Below the pieces are notes generated by a model. It saw nothing but the letters and a program-made list of their open reading frames with translations, was not told the DNA's origin and ran no database searches. This document shows, piece by piece, positions 38,566 through 51,865 of a DNA stretch of 64,000 nt. Numbering within the stretch: the stretch's first letter is position 1; each line of letters begins with the position of its first letter. The stretch is taken from positions 203,424,001 through 203,488,000 of the forward strand of contig NC_058368.1 of the NCBI RefSeq assembly GCF_018350175.1. The letters are read 5' to 3'. A program made the position numbers and the translations under genes. The DNA is from Felis catus. Taxonomy: Eukaryota.

Positions 38566-40612
38566 CACGACACCCCATTAGCCAGTTACATTTGCTTAAA
38601 TTTTAGCTTTAACTCTATACTTGAAAAAAACTAAATTATTTAACTGTGTTTGTATACTACTTATACATTACTGCAAGTTTAGAGAAAGAAAAAACCCTAC
38701 CAATCATGAGAACTTTCATTTATGTTGGTTTTCCTTCTAATTGATCCAATAAGTTATTTTAGTAACTTCATTGGCCTGCACTAATTGTAAATTAGATTAG
38801 AACTTTTCCTTTTTTTTTTTTTTAAATAGCAGTTTCTGCCATAGAAGCTGATGGTCACTGTGTAAAATAATCAGGACAATGAGATCATCGCTAAAAACTA
38901 AAAGCTCACATCATTTTTTGTTATAATCATAGATACTTTTGCTATCTTCCTTAATCAGATATGTGCATTTAAGTCCTACATTTGCTGATTTATTGCAATG
39001 TATTAACAAATATCTTGTATTTAATGGGATGAAACTAGTTTTATTAATACCCTAGATGTTTTGTGAGAGAACACTTAAAAGTTCATTTCTCATATGTAAT
39101 ATTTAATACTCCTATTAAATATTTTTATATTTAATATTTTTTCTTCTGATTTATTTGTCCTTGAACTATATCGGGTATCAGCTATAATGCAAAGGCAGAA
39201 ATCTGCTCTATTTCAAACTCAAAGAGAGAGCACAATTTAGAAAATACATTACTGCAATTCTCTTCCAGTGCTTTACAAACTGCATGTTTTAAACTCTGAA
39301 CTTAAAAAGCAGGTTATGGATGAAAGAGGGGACAGCCCAAATAACATGCTTAAGCACACGTCAGTTTGGGGACATCAAACAACTGCATGGTGTTGTCATA
39401 CCAACCCTGTCCCATTCACTAGACCATTAAAGGAAAGAGGAAAATTTCAAGCAACCCTGAGTTTATTTAGTTACAGAAAGTTTAGTGAACTTCAGTTCAT
39501 GTTAAGGCCTGTTAACAGCAGGAAGAATCCAAATTTCTGCCACTGAGGATGGGGAAGCCGAGTGACATTAATAAGATCCAGATCCCAGGCCAAACAACTG
39601 TGATCTTCCTTATCCACTGTCCCACAGGGTGAGTATGGTAGAGCTCTTCATTTTGCAGTGGTTTACCCTCCTCCTCCATCTCTGATTTGCAACAGGGGAA
39701 GGGGAAAGGGAAAATAAAAGTAGAAACCACCAGAAACTACTGTTGTAATTTAGCATTAGTAAGAATTTGTAAATCACCACCAAGCAGATAAAGCTAAGAG
39801 CTACTAACTACAAACATAACCAAGAAATAACCTCTGAGACTGTTTAAAGGAGGCCTTGATTAGAAACACAGAAGGCAGGAGCCTTTACTGGAAACCAGGG
39901 AGCAATAATGGATTGAGAGAGAAAGGCTAATAGGCTGGAGCATAAAATAGGCATTTGATAGAGAGAAGAGAAAGAGAAGCAAGCAGGTACAGGAGTTAGT
40001 ATTAATGCAGCAATTTGAAAACTGGCTGTAAAATATTGTAAAATATTGGCTGATTATTATCCTGAAGTTTATGAATTAACACAGTGGAATGAAGACATAA
40101 CATTGAGAAGCACTCACCTACTTTAACTTCACACGATTGTACCCAGATACAGATAGACTTCTGGAATTTTTTTTTTCTTGTTCGAAATGTAGTTTGTTGT
40201 TTTAGAACTGCATGAGTCACTGAATAATCTTCCTTTGAGTATCAGATTTGGTGTTGCAGTCAGCTCACAGCAACCTATTTTGCATATTTTTTTGTTGCCA
40301 AATGCACTCTCCACCCATTCAAAGAGCAAGGTACAGTGCACCTGGTGATATCTTACAGGAAACTCCACAGGAACTACAGCTATCACTTCTGACTTCAGGA
40401 CTTACAACCCTTGTCACTGACACAACAGTGGCCAAAACAGTCTGGTTGAAGGGTCTCTTACAGTACCTAGACATAACAGTTTCTGCATATTTGATTTGTT
40501 GCTTTCCAAAGGTTTATTTGAATTGGAAAATAATGTAGAATCTCACTTTTCCTGGTGATAACGAAAATCAATGCTAAAGACATTAGGCGTTTCACCCAGC
40601 TAATACTCTGTA

Positions 40613-40792
40613 CTGTGCTGTCCAATAAAGTAGCCACTAGCCACATGCTATTCAAACTTAAATTCGTTAAAGTAAATAAAATGAGAACTTCGGCCCTTAG
40701 TAGAACTCAGAAGTCACATGTGGCCAGTGGCTAGTGTTTTGGGGCATGTGGCCACAGAGCATTTCCATCATTCCATTCTACTGGACAGTGCT
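40613..40792 (-). mobile_element. MER3-like hAT-Charlie MITE
   Basis: 'ctgtgctgtccaataaagtagccactagccacatg…cacatgtggccagtggcta…catttccatca…tggacagtgct', with terminal inverted ends. Confidence 0.8.
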
Positions 40793-42339
40793 ATATAGCA
40801 AGTCAACAGTTCAGAGAACTATATTTGTAGAAAAGAATAAAGAGAAAATAGAAAAATACATTTCTTCTTTTTGTTGTTTTCAATGATTTTTATAAATGTA
40901 AGCATTCTTAAGAGTATATTTCTCATACTGAAATTGTATACCCTGTCTTATCCATTTTATATGCTTATGGTCCAAAGATTAAAATTTTAAGTAATCAATT
41001 CACATAAAATGACCTATCTAATGAAGTTTTAACATTGCATTTAAATTCAACAACGCAACAACAATTAAGACTGTTTGGCCAGATTATTCTCAAGTGTAAG
41101 GTTTTAATAATAATCAGATTAGGATAAACTTAAACATGTCAGGGGCATAAGACAGAAGCAAATATTTAATAATCACATTGATACGGAAAAATTAAATATG
41201 CACTAACTCATTGGTTTGAGTATTTCAATGGTATTTTTTCAATATTGGTGCTACATCCGTAGCAAATATTTCAAAATACTAATTCTTACAATGTGTTTTT
41301 ACATAGAAGAGGCCAAAGATAAATGAATTGATTTGAACCCTAAGAATTTTGAATTTTCAGTTTTACTGACAATAGTATCAGCAGTGATAAATCTGCTGAA
41401 TTCCCCATGGTCTCATGAGTGACTCAGTGAGTGCAACTTTTACTTGTCAAAAGCTGTTAGGTCTCATTTCTCTCTTAGGATAGCCTCACTAAAAGAAAAT
41501 CTGTACATAAAGTTGTGTATATGCACGTGTACACATATAATCAGAGGCTTCACGAACACTGTTCAAAGAAAACACTCTTTCTTTGAACATGTATGATAGC
41601 ATTTCAGGCAAAGCTTCTTCTAAATGGATGAGGAGTTAATCTGATGCCTGTAATTTAGCACGTTTGTGCTATAGTAGTAGAAAGGGACAGATCGCTTAGT
41701 GGTTTCAGATGTTAGACTTTAATGAACCAGGATGGATTTCCTTAGCATGACACCAGTTTATCTAGTTTATTAGCTTTGTAGTTTAAAAATTTATTATTCT
41801 TTTGTGCCTGCGAGCATTTTCATGAGTCTTTTTCCTTTTAAAAAATGTTCCATTTGTTGTGCTATGTAGGAAATAGTCCATTTAATAACTGCTTAATTGC
41901 TGGATTTAGCTCCTTCAGTCATGATTCAATTTCTTTTCAATGTATTTAAGGGAATTAAAGGACCCAGTCATGTAGGTCTATGTCAATTTTCATTAGAAGT
42001 TCTCAGCAATTAATGAATAAGTACTCCATGGCACTCAGCTGATGAGAAAAGGGGGTGACGCACTGCAGTTGCCTTTAAATAGCAAACGAGTGTTAGCGTT
42101 TCTTATATCATAATACATGTTCTCATATATTATATAGTATTTCTTTCAAATGGTTTTTTTGAAGTTATCAATTAGTTGTACTTTGAGCATACGGTCACAT
42201 TTTAATAACACGAAACAAATATTTATTTTTCTCTGGATCCAAATGCATTGTCAGGCCACACAATTTATACAGTGGTCTTGTGAGAAATTTCAGACTCACT
42301 GCCATGCTCATAACCCCAGTCCGATGCGTTTTTTTCCTG

Positions 42340-42370
42340 AGCGGTCTTTTTTTCTTTTCTTTTCTTTCTT

Positions 42371-42402
<32 letters not shown>
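42340..42402. repeat. T-rich / poly-T tract
   Basis: Seen directly in the sequence. Confidence 0.9.
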
Positions 42403-42405
<3 letters not shown>

Positions 42406-42692
42406 ATGTGTGGCCTCTGTGTACTACAGCTAATTGTAATGGATGAGAAATTGTTCAAAGCAAGCAGCCTGCAAGGCAGCTATCAGGTAAACTCTGACCA
42501 ATGTGTCTACCCACTCTAGAGGTGCTAGCCAGACCAGCTGGAACCTCCTTATGCCCATTTATGAAAGACAGACACATATCAGTTAGTTAGCAACAGTGAA
42601 CAGAATAAACAGAGATGGAAAAGTGGCCCAGTGCTTGTTCAATCGCTAACAGAGTTGCCATCGAATCATTAGACTTGCTCCTAAAGCCTATT

Positions 42693-42909
42693 AAAAAAAA
42701 AAATTAATATTTACTTTTGAGTGAGTGAGAGATAGTGAAACTGAGCATGAGTCGGGGAGAGGAAGAGAGAGAGGGAGACAGAATCTGAAGCAGGCTCCAG
42801 GCTCTGAGCTGTCAGCACAGAGCCCAATGTGGGCCCCGAACCCACAAACCGCGAGATCATGACCTGAGCCAAAGTTGGATATTTAGTCAACTGAACTACC
42901 CAGGCACCC
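42693..42909 (-). mobile_element. Can-SINE
   Basis: TSD aaagcctatt at 42683-42692 and 42910-42919. Confidence 0.92.
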
Positions 42910-43119
42910 AAAGCCTATTTTGCTTTAAACTAAAAAAAGATGTTATAGTTGTCTGTGATGCCTCACAGAGACATTTAAGACATTTTTTCCCTGTCTTCCT
43001 TTGCTATCTTTCCAACAAAACCTCCATTTGTTGAGGTAAACTGAACTTGAAAGACATCAAATACATAGGTTACTGTATGAACGCACTGGATATATATTCA
43101 TTGATTAAAATGGCTTTTT

Positions 43120-43245
43120 TATAACTGTGTGGTGATAGACGCTCAGTAGACTTATTTTGATAACCATTTCACAATGTATACAAATACTGAATCATTATGT
43201 TGTATAGCCCAAACTAATATGTCAATTTAATCTCAATTTAAAAAT
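43120..43245 (+). mobile_element. L1 3'-terminal fragment (L1MA9/L1_Carn-like)
   Basis: 'ataactgtgtggtgatagac…ccatttcacaatgtatacaaatactgaatcattatgttgtata…aaactaatatgtcaatt'. Confidence 0.7.
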
Positions 43246-44832
43246 TTTTAATTGCTTCCATTAATGATGAAAATTGAGTAGAAGCAAAGGTACAGTACAA
43301 AGTGCTAAGTTCTTGAAAGTGTGATAATTGCACAAATTGGTTGACTAATTATCTTTCCCTTTTGGATTCAGACATAACTTTGTAAAGACTAAATTAAAAG
43401 GCAGAGAGATTATAGTTGTCCCTAGATAAGATCAGTCTTCACTGTGATTAGGTCTATAAATTAACACACACACTTGAGCCCATTACATATTTTATCTGAT
43501 AAAAAGCAGCATCAGGAGGAGCCCACCAAAACAGAAGTAAAATAAATGAGAAGGAAATTTCCATTTTTCACAATCTTGTTTCTAAAGGAAAAATTATTAT
43601 TGTACTCTTAGAACGCTCCTCAAACAACTTTGACAATTTTATCCAGTCAGTTATTCCTCTATTTTACATTCAAAGCAGGGAGGAAATGCCAACAGTCATT
43701 ACTGATTAGCTCCAAATACACACATGATGACAACAGAGGAGGCATCGTCCATTTGTCTCAATCTTCTATGTCCAACAGCTGCTCTAACCCCCTGCCTGTT
43801 CTTGGAGAGCGCCAAAATCGCCTTGAACCCTCATTAGAATGTGTTTTTCTTCACCCCAATAAAAATAGTTGAACTCTTCACTTAGGCACACCTTACAAAA
43901 CAGTGACTTTAGATAAAATCATTCCCCACACTTTCATAATTAGTTTGAGGTCTGGGTGCAGAAAGGGAAAAAAGTTCAGTGTTAAATATTGGAAGACTTC
44001 CGCAGTTTTATACGTAACATCAGAAAAGAAGGAACTCCTACACGAGGCCATTCTCATGGTTTTCATTATCACATAGAGTTAATCAAAAACAGATCAACCT
44101 CAGGCAAATATCACCCTAGGATGAAAGTATTAAGGAGGAATAAAACATCTTAGTTGCTTGGATACTAATTAACCTTGAGAAAGCCCAACGCAGCAAAAAA
44201 TGTGACATATTTATCTCTGAAATATTTTCCCCTAAATATCAGTGAAAGTGGAGCTGATAATATATTCATTCATGGATTACCAATCCTATGCTGTGATAGG
44301 ACTAAACCAAACTGGCAAGTGCCTGTCCTCGCTATGTCCTTCAGGCACATGAGGTGTTTTAAATAGATATCTACACAATTTAATGCATGGCACAATTATT
44401 TTATCATGAGTCAACATGCTGAAATGCTACCGTGCTATTGTTTAAAAACGTCAAGGGCTAAAGCGCTGAATACGGTATGCAATCCAGATGGCAAATTCTC
44501 AAGGCACGGGACTAAAAAAGAAAATTTTTTTAAGAGTTGTTTGGGTTTCTCAGTCATGCAGCTTCCTAGCTTGCTTTTACCTTTCAGCACTAGCAAGGAT
44601 TTAAACACAAAGAAAGCAATTAGTACAGCTGAGAAATAGGATTTGTTACAGGACTGCCGCTCTTTTGAAAACATCTTTATTCCTGCTAAAATGGCCTATG
44701 CTATTTAAGTTCTTGTGTTGCACCGATTAATACTGACTAGAGCACATTAAAGTAGCTTTATTTACCTAACTTCTTGTACCTAACTTTATTTACCTAACTG
44801 CATGCAAGCTAATACACATCTATTATTTACAT

Positions 44833-44835
<3 letters not shown>

Positions 44836-44870
<35 letters not shown>

Positions 44871-44904
44871 CATATACATATATATATATATGTGTGTATA
44901 TATA
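44836..44904. repeat. (TA)n compound microsatellite
   Basis: Seen directly in the sequence. Confidence 0.95.
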
Positions 44905-45450
44905 TCCTTCCGCTATCCTAAACTTTGCAGGATAAGGAATAACCAGTAAACTAATTTGCAAAATATGTTTGTGTGTTACATGTAACTGATAAAACAACTG
45001 GTTAGAAAACAGACAAATATCAAGAGAGCAAATGCAATTAATTTCCCTAATTAAAACATTAGACATCTAACTATTCCAAATCACAACTTAATCAAAGAAA
45101 CCCAGACCTTACACTTAAAGATGAATACTTCAATTGCAGAACTTTAAGTAACTTCATTGTATATGGAAAATGTGGCTTGAAAATATAAACACAAGACAAT
45201 GTGTTTTGGTCTTTTTGGTCAACCTACTTAGGAGGATAAAAGTCTTGCATGTATTTGAGATTAGATATTAATTTGTGGCTCTTTCTCACAATATTCCATT
45301 AAGTGTTCTTGATTGTCCTTGCACAGTAAACAACACTGTCTAGCTTCTAGTGTTTTGTTGTTGTTTTTTTTTTTAACTTTTATTTATGTTGGTTCAAAAT
45401 GCCTTGAGAAGTTGCCAAACTCTTCAGTAGCCAAGAGATATTTAACACAC

Positions 45451-45567
45451 CTATCCACTTCAGGGTCTCAGTGATCGCGTATTCCACCTCTTCTAAACTC
45501 CTAAAATGAAGCAGCAGTTTCCAGCAGCTTCCAGTACCATCAATTGACTCTTCTTGAACCAGTGTTC
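45451..45567 (-). other. Candidate coding exon (unconfirmed)
   Basis: Branch-like ctaat, then ttttattaatag|…ATAG|gtgtgt. 117 nt, symmetric phase 1-1, reading TLVQEESIDGTGSCWKLLLHFRSLEEVEYAITETLKWI with protein-like composition. Confidence 0.33.
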
Positions 45568-46750
45568 CTATTAATAAAATGTAAATTAGATAATAATTCT
45601 TAGTGGTACAAAAACAACATTGGGGTGAGCCTACTAGTGCTACATCAGTGACATGAAAATGCTGTTGTTTTGATTTGGAACTTATCTGGGTTTTTCACTT
45701 AGGCTCAGCAGACTTAAGTAAGAGGTCCTTATAGGCAACCATTATGGTTTTACTTGCTTGTTTGTTTTTCTTTTTTGATCACCAAGGCACACAGAAACAT
45801 TAGTCTCAAGCCTAAAGCCCTAAAAAAAAAAAAAACCCCAAAAACAACAAAAAAACAAAAAAACATTCTTTAGCTGGTGAAATTCTGATCTCATTTTATT
45901 ATGTTGTCAATGGGCTGCAGAGATTCGCCTTGGCTTGTTAACATGAGAGCAGACAGATGAGAAGAAATAAAAGGTACTGGCCTGTGAAAGCCAAATCAAA
46001 AAGCCAGATTGAAGGCATTCTCAAGTTACTCAGGTGAGGCCCTCAGTCCCTAGCTAGTGACCCAGCTAATGGTCAGAATGCTGTAGGTTCCGTTTGGACG
46101 ACCCAAATGTTAAAACATGGTATTCAAATGTCTGCATAAATGGCTGAGAATTTGCCTTTTCTTTGTAAGCTTACTATACAATAAACAAAAGACTGGTATT
46201 TGATACTAACTAAACATAGAAAAGGAACAGACAATAACACTGGATGAATGTATTCAAGACACAAATCTGTATACGGCATAGAAGAACTTTAGGGTCCTAA
46301 ATTTCTTTAGCACAGATTTTTAATTGCCCTTGGCTGCAAACCTATTGTCATTTATCAAAATACAAGTATCTGAAAATATAGTATTGCTTTCATACAGTGA
46401 AATGCAGATAAAATAAGAGAAAGTTGCTGCTTTTAGTACTAATTAAAGGATTTGAGAGAAAGGGTACATGACAATACTCTTTGAAGAAATATTTTTGGTA
46501 GTGTTAAAACAGTGGTATTGTGTCTAAGAACGCTGAATTCTACAGACTGATTTTTCTTTTTTTTTTTTTTCCCCTCTTTCTCATAGACTAACTGCTTCCT
46601 GGACATTGAGGCTCTATCGCCAACTGTCAATCAAATAAATGCATGTTAATTTTTAAATTAAATTATAAAGCCAAAAAATGTTTGTTCTATTGATCTTTTC
46701 TTCTTATTTGCTTTCACAGGTGACTATTTAATTTCAAAGAAAAGTTTATT

Positions 46751-46913
46751 CTTGGCAAACCATAAGAGACTCTTAAAAACTGAGAATAAACTGAGGGTTG
46801 ATGTGGGGTGGGAGGGAGGGGAAAGTGGCTGAGGGCATTGAGGAGGGCACCTGTTGGCATGAGCACTGGGTGTTGTATGGAAACCAATTTGACAATAAAT
46901 TTCATATTAAAAA
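46751..46913 (+). mobile_element. Very short feline L1 3'-end insertion
   Basis: Matches the 3' UTR of the L1 at 23.1-23.3 kb ('gagcactgggtgttgtatggaaaccaatttgacaataaatttcatat'). TSD aaagaaaagtttatt at 46736-46750 and 46914-46928. Confidence 0.92.
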
Positions 46914-48049
46914 AAAGAAAAGTTTATTTTGAAAATTCACCATAATTAATATTTAATCATTAAATTTCAGAATAAAATTTTATTTCATATGGCTACTTAT
47001 GACTTTTGGAATAAGAAAGTCATCTGTGAAAAGCAAAGTGTTGACTAGTAGTGCCATCTAGCATCACAAAGAAAAAGTTGTTCAACTACTTTGTAAAACC
47101 CTGGGAAATTTATCAGGTCCATTAATACACTATGTTCTTGGCTCCATTTCCCAGGGGAAAATAAGCAGACGTGATCAGTTGGTGGAAACGCACACCAAAC
47201 ATATACAGAGATGATAAACCAAATAATACAAATAACAGTGTTTTTCAGAAGATACATTTAAGAGTGGTAACAGGGAGGTATAATCTCTGGTTTGGTAGCT
47301 GTCATCCACCATTTTATCCTCCCATTTAAGAAAGCATGTTGGAACTCAAACGAATAAAAATGTTGGTGTACTGAAATATTGGCTATGTCCTAATTTATAA
47401 AATAAAAGGCAAGTCATTCACAACCTTCAGTATCTTGTTATGGGTAACAATTTGTGACACCTGACAAATGACTGAGAACTGCTAGTATTTTAGGTAATGA
47501 ATTTAGAAACTCTGGGATACAATACAATGGAAATAGAGATGTCGCTAATTCAATGCAGGACAGAACTGAGGACATTATTATAATCTTCTTTAAGAAGCTT
47601 ATTACTGGTGATAGGCAATGGTATGACAGTAGAGGAGTCATGATGGACACGAGTCATGAGTCAGATACATTTCTTTCACAACTCAGATGGGCTTAGATGT
47701 GTGATATTATGGAACTTAGGTGGGTATCTTGGAAAATGGAGCAAGTCATGGGACATGGGCCAGACTCCAGAGCTTGCTCCTACGGGAGTGGCCAGCCACT
47801 CAAATTAGAATATGGTAAGAGGAAGCTAACTTGAGCTCTTTTCAGGACAGGGCCCGGGAAAGGGACGTCTAGTGAGTGGGACTCCAAGGGCAAGTGGACA
47901 ACCTGGTCAGGAAATGGTTGCTTTTCAGACTTCAAACATTAGTTTAAGTTCTAGAACTAAAAAGGAACTGTAAATATCTATCGTGAAATTGAAGTGTAAA
48001 TCCAGCTATACGCATTAAGCAACAGTGTATCTAGAAACAACCCAGGCCC

Positions 48050-48240
48050 GAGGCAGCTGGCTGACTAGGTCACTAGAGCGAGTAACTCTTGATCTTGGGG
48101 TTGGGAGTTTGAGCCCCACGTTGGGCATGGAGCCTACTTCAAATAAATACATACATACATACATACATACATACCTACATACATACATGCATGCATACAT
48201 ACATAAACAAGTAAGTAAGTAAATAAATAAATAAATATAT
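48050..48240 (+). mobile_element. Short carnivore tRNA-SINE with a (TACA)n/(TAAA)n tail
   Basis: 'ggcagctggctgactaggtc…gtaactcttgatcttggggttgggagtttgagcccc', with TSD cccaggccc. Confidence 0.85.
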
Positions 48241-48282
48241 CCCAGGCCCTAACAAAAGTAACATTAGACTCCTATCTTCTAG

Positions 48283-48525
48283 GAGGCAGGGTAGCATAAT
48301 GGTTGGGAGTATGATTCTGAAGGCTCAGTGCCTCACCACTTAGCTTTCTGATGTTGAGCAAATTAGATCCTTTGTCTGAGACCCAATTTCCTCCTCTGTA
48401 AAATGGATAGTTGACATAACGTCCAGGCCTAACCCAGGATGATGGTGAAGACTGAATGAGTGAAGAACACTCAGCACAGTTCCTGTCACATAATAAACAG
48501 TCAACAACAATGTGTTATTATTATT
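48283..48525 (+). mobile_element. MIR
   Basis: 'gaggcagggtagcataatggtt…accacttagct…tgagcaaatta…tttcctcctctgtaaaatgg…tgaagactgaatgag…cagcacagttcctgtcacataataa'. Confidence 0.78.
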
Positions 48526-48862
48526 ATTTCCTTACAGCTTCTCTCTTCTCTGGTTAGATTTATCTCAGGAACTGGGATTAGGCTGGGTCTGTAGGTACAA
48601 GGTCTTATCTCCAATGGAGCATGCCAAGGGAACATAAACACATTCCTGGCCTAAGGAAACTGAGTAGCAACACTGCTACAATAAATATAGGGAGTAATGT
48701 CACAATGGACAAAGTGATGATCATCTAACACATTTTTCTGTGTAACATTCACGTATGTTAACAAATTAAAATGTGATCGATTTATTTATTGCTCCTCCAA
48801 ACTTTAGATTACAGTTTAACACAAGATATCATTAGCTGTCATGAACAATGTTTGTCACTAGC

Positions 48863-49066
48863 TTTTTGTTGTTGTTGTTGTTGGTTAATTTATGGGGGGT
48901 GGGGAGGAAGGGCAGAGAGAGACAGATAGAGAGCGAGAATCCCAAGCAGGTTCCACACTGTCAGCCCTGAGCCTGATACAGGGCTCGAACCCACAAACCA
49001 TGAGATGATGACCTGAGCCGAAACCAAAAGTCAGATGATCAACTGACTGAGCCACCCACATGTCCC
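48863..49066 (-). mobile_element. Can-SINE
   Basis: Reverse-complement body with a (TTG)n tail. Confidence 0.9.
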
Positions 49067-50415
49067 TCTTTGCCCCTAGTTTTAATTCTCCCCCTAAAAC
49101 ACAAGTTTTGGTGTCACAAAAGTGAAATGCTGGTACTCCACGCATTCAAACGTGTACTCCAGGCTTAAGCTACTCTCAAAAAAAGTACTGCTGTTACTAC
49201 AATGATTATTCTCAGATTCTGAGTTATACATAATTAGAAAGAAGCTGGGTGAAGTTACAAAAAGAAAGAAGCTTTATCTCAACTTCCAAATGAAAAATCA
49301 GCACTGAAGCATCATGGAAGGGAAAAAGTTCTGCCTCAGAGGATCATGCCAGGAGCTTAGCTTACTTCTTGTGCTTCTGTGGTTGCCTTTATTCTTTCCT
49401 CCAGATATTCAAGCATCTGACATATCAGTAAAAACACTTTATTAGTTCTGGTTTCTTACACATATCCACAATTCTCATTTTCAGCAACCAAAATAAGGAA
49501 TTTTGGAGACGGAGTGATTTTTTGGGGGGGGAGGGGTGCCTCCAGATTTAGACAGAATGAAAATGACCAATACATGTCTTAGGGCCTCCATTAAAATGGG
49601 AGGAAACGTCGCCACCAGCAGATCTTCCAGAATACGAGAATCCCCCATCCCAACTCTGCCTCTCTTCTGTGATGACAGTTATATGAATAGAATACAACAA
49701 CAATGGAATACAGAATTAGAATGCATTTTGCCTTAATAACTGGCAGTCGCTTGAAATACAAGAATTTCTCCTGTGCTCTTGTAGAACGAGCACGAAGAGA
49801 AGCACTTGCCTGCAGAAGCCAGAGCCTTAAAAGCTCATGATGTTTCGCTTCCTTGTAGTCTTTTTCCCCCTCCTCCCATACCCCTACTGATAATATATAA
49901 AAAGTAGGATAAGACACTTATTTCCGGGTGAGTGTCCCGCTTGGGTAAGATTTTAGAAAGCTTATGCACCTTTCGTTTAACAGCAAGAGAGCTCAAGGAT
50001 GTAAGCCTGAAAGGGAGAACTAAAGAATCAAATATGACTTCCTCAGTTTCCCACTATCAAGAGTCACTGTTGAATAAACATTGATAGCAACTCAAGTTAT
50101 AAGGCTATTTTGACTGAGTTCTTAATGATCCTGCACCTTTCAGCAGTTCCGGAGGCCCGCAGAAGCATTACGAGAGGTTTCAGAAGGCAGCCATGAAACA
50201 GGACTGTGTAGCTTAGATGAGCGTCCAGTTCACACAGTTTATATAATCTTCAGGAACGTTTTAAGCAATGTGTCCAGGATGGAGGCGTAGATGAATTTGA
50301 ACTTGGTTGCCCAGGACTCTTTCTTCTCCACGCTGTATAATCAGACCTCCACTTAACTTTTTATGCTAGACTGAATTACTGGCCTCAATATCTCCTCTCT
50401 TCCTTATCCACACAC

Positions 50416-50640
50416 TTTTTTTTTTTAATTTTTTTTTCAACGTTTATTTATTTTTGGGACAGAGAGAGACAGAGCATGAACGGGGGAGGGGCAGAGAGAG
50501 AGGGAGACACAGAATCGGAAACAGGCTCCAGGCTCTGAGCCATCAGCCCAGAGCCTGACGCCGGGCTCGAACTCCCGCACCGCGAGATCGTGACCTGGCT
50601 GAAGTCGGTCGCTTAACCGACTGCGCCACCCAGGCGCCCC
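50416..50640 (-). mobile_element. Young feline SINEC_Fc
   Basis: Near-consensus, with TSD cacacact. Confidence 0.95.
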
Positions 50641-50644
50641 CACA

Positions 50645-51010
50645 CACTGTGACACATAACTTTGCAGTTATGTGTCACTGTATTTTTACACTCTCCAACT
50701 TTGAGCTCAGTCATATGACTTGCTTTGGTCAATGGAGTGTAGGCAAAAGTGATGATTCCCTTTTAAATCTTGAACTTATGAGGTCATCATGACAAGAACA
50801 TACCTAAGCAAGGCCACCAATCCAAAAAGGATGAGGAACACAGAGAGGAGACCTGAACCCACCCAATAGCTTGCAGTCGGACATCACTAACCTCAGACTA
50901 GATCAGCAACTCAAACTCAGTGGACGCACAGATATGTGAGTGAAAACAATGGTTGTCATTTCATGTCATGGAATTTTGGGGTGCTTTGTTAAACGGCACT
51001 AACTGATACA
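50645..51010 (+). mobile_element. Old MaLR LTR (MLT1H/J-like)
   Basis: 'tgagctcagtcatatgacttgctttggtcaatgga…gaattttggggtgctttgttaaacggcactaactgataca'. Confidence 0.65.
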
Positions 51011-51865
51011 CTTTTCCTCACAGTTCCCAAGTTCTAGTCTTTCAGCCTCTTTTTACGTGTTTTTTAATTCCTCTCCACTTTTTTCATGCTTAAGATTCAA
51101 CATCATAATCTTTTAGAGCTGAAACGATTCAGGTCAAATCAATAGTTCACTAAGGTTTTTTGTTAGTTTGCTTAAGAAATATGCTAACATTATAAAAATA
51201 TTGCACAGATAAATTAGAAAATTTTTTTTGTTGTTTTTTTTGTTTGTTTTTAACTATATTTTGCTATTAGAGTTGACATCAATACCATCTTAACATTCTT
51301 CAGGATGGCTTATATCTGCAAAATTCCAACTATTTGAAAACCTATATGTAACAAAGAAATACGTGCCTGATTTATGGATTGCTTACTCCCAAAAATGTAC
51401 AGATAAAGTTCATTTTTCTTTGTATTGATCATTTGTTGAAATAATTCAATTCTACATTACGCACCTGGCTTTCAGAATAAGTTTAAAATCATGTTCTCAT
51501 GATCAGTATCGTTATTGCCTGGATGTATAAAAGTATATTCTTTTTTTTTTTTTATAAAAGTATATTCTTTTGGAGTCTGAGATATGTATTTTTTCCTATG
51601 GTCCTCTCATCAATGGATGCTACATGTATATGGGAGATGTTACTAAGTTAAGAAATCTCTTATAGTTTATTAATTAAATCTTAGAATTGTACAGTTTGAG
51701 TACACTACATAACATCTTGAGGGCTATAAAAAGGTTATTAAATATCAGATAAGGAATTCATGAAAATAATTATTTTTTAAGGAAAAGTAAGGAACTTAAA
51801 GCAAGTAAGAAACTAATGCAATTCTGAAGAAAAACTGATTACTAATAATTTAGTTTTATTTGAAA

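Noticed and set aside
40117..40220. Strong minus-strand donor (TAG|gtgagt) with an open frame upstream
   Set aside because: There is no convincing polypyrimidine acceptor, and the frame runs through an A10 homopolymer.
44581..44628. 48-nt phase 1-1 exon-like unit encoding a hydrophobic stretch
   Set aside because: It is short, T-rich and has a weak donor, which is expected by chance.
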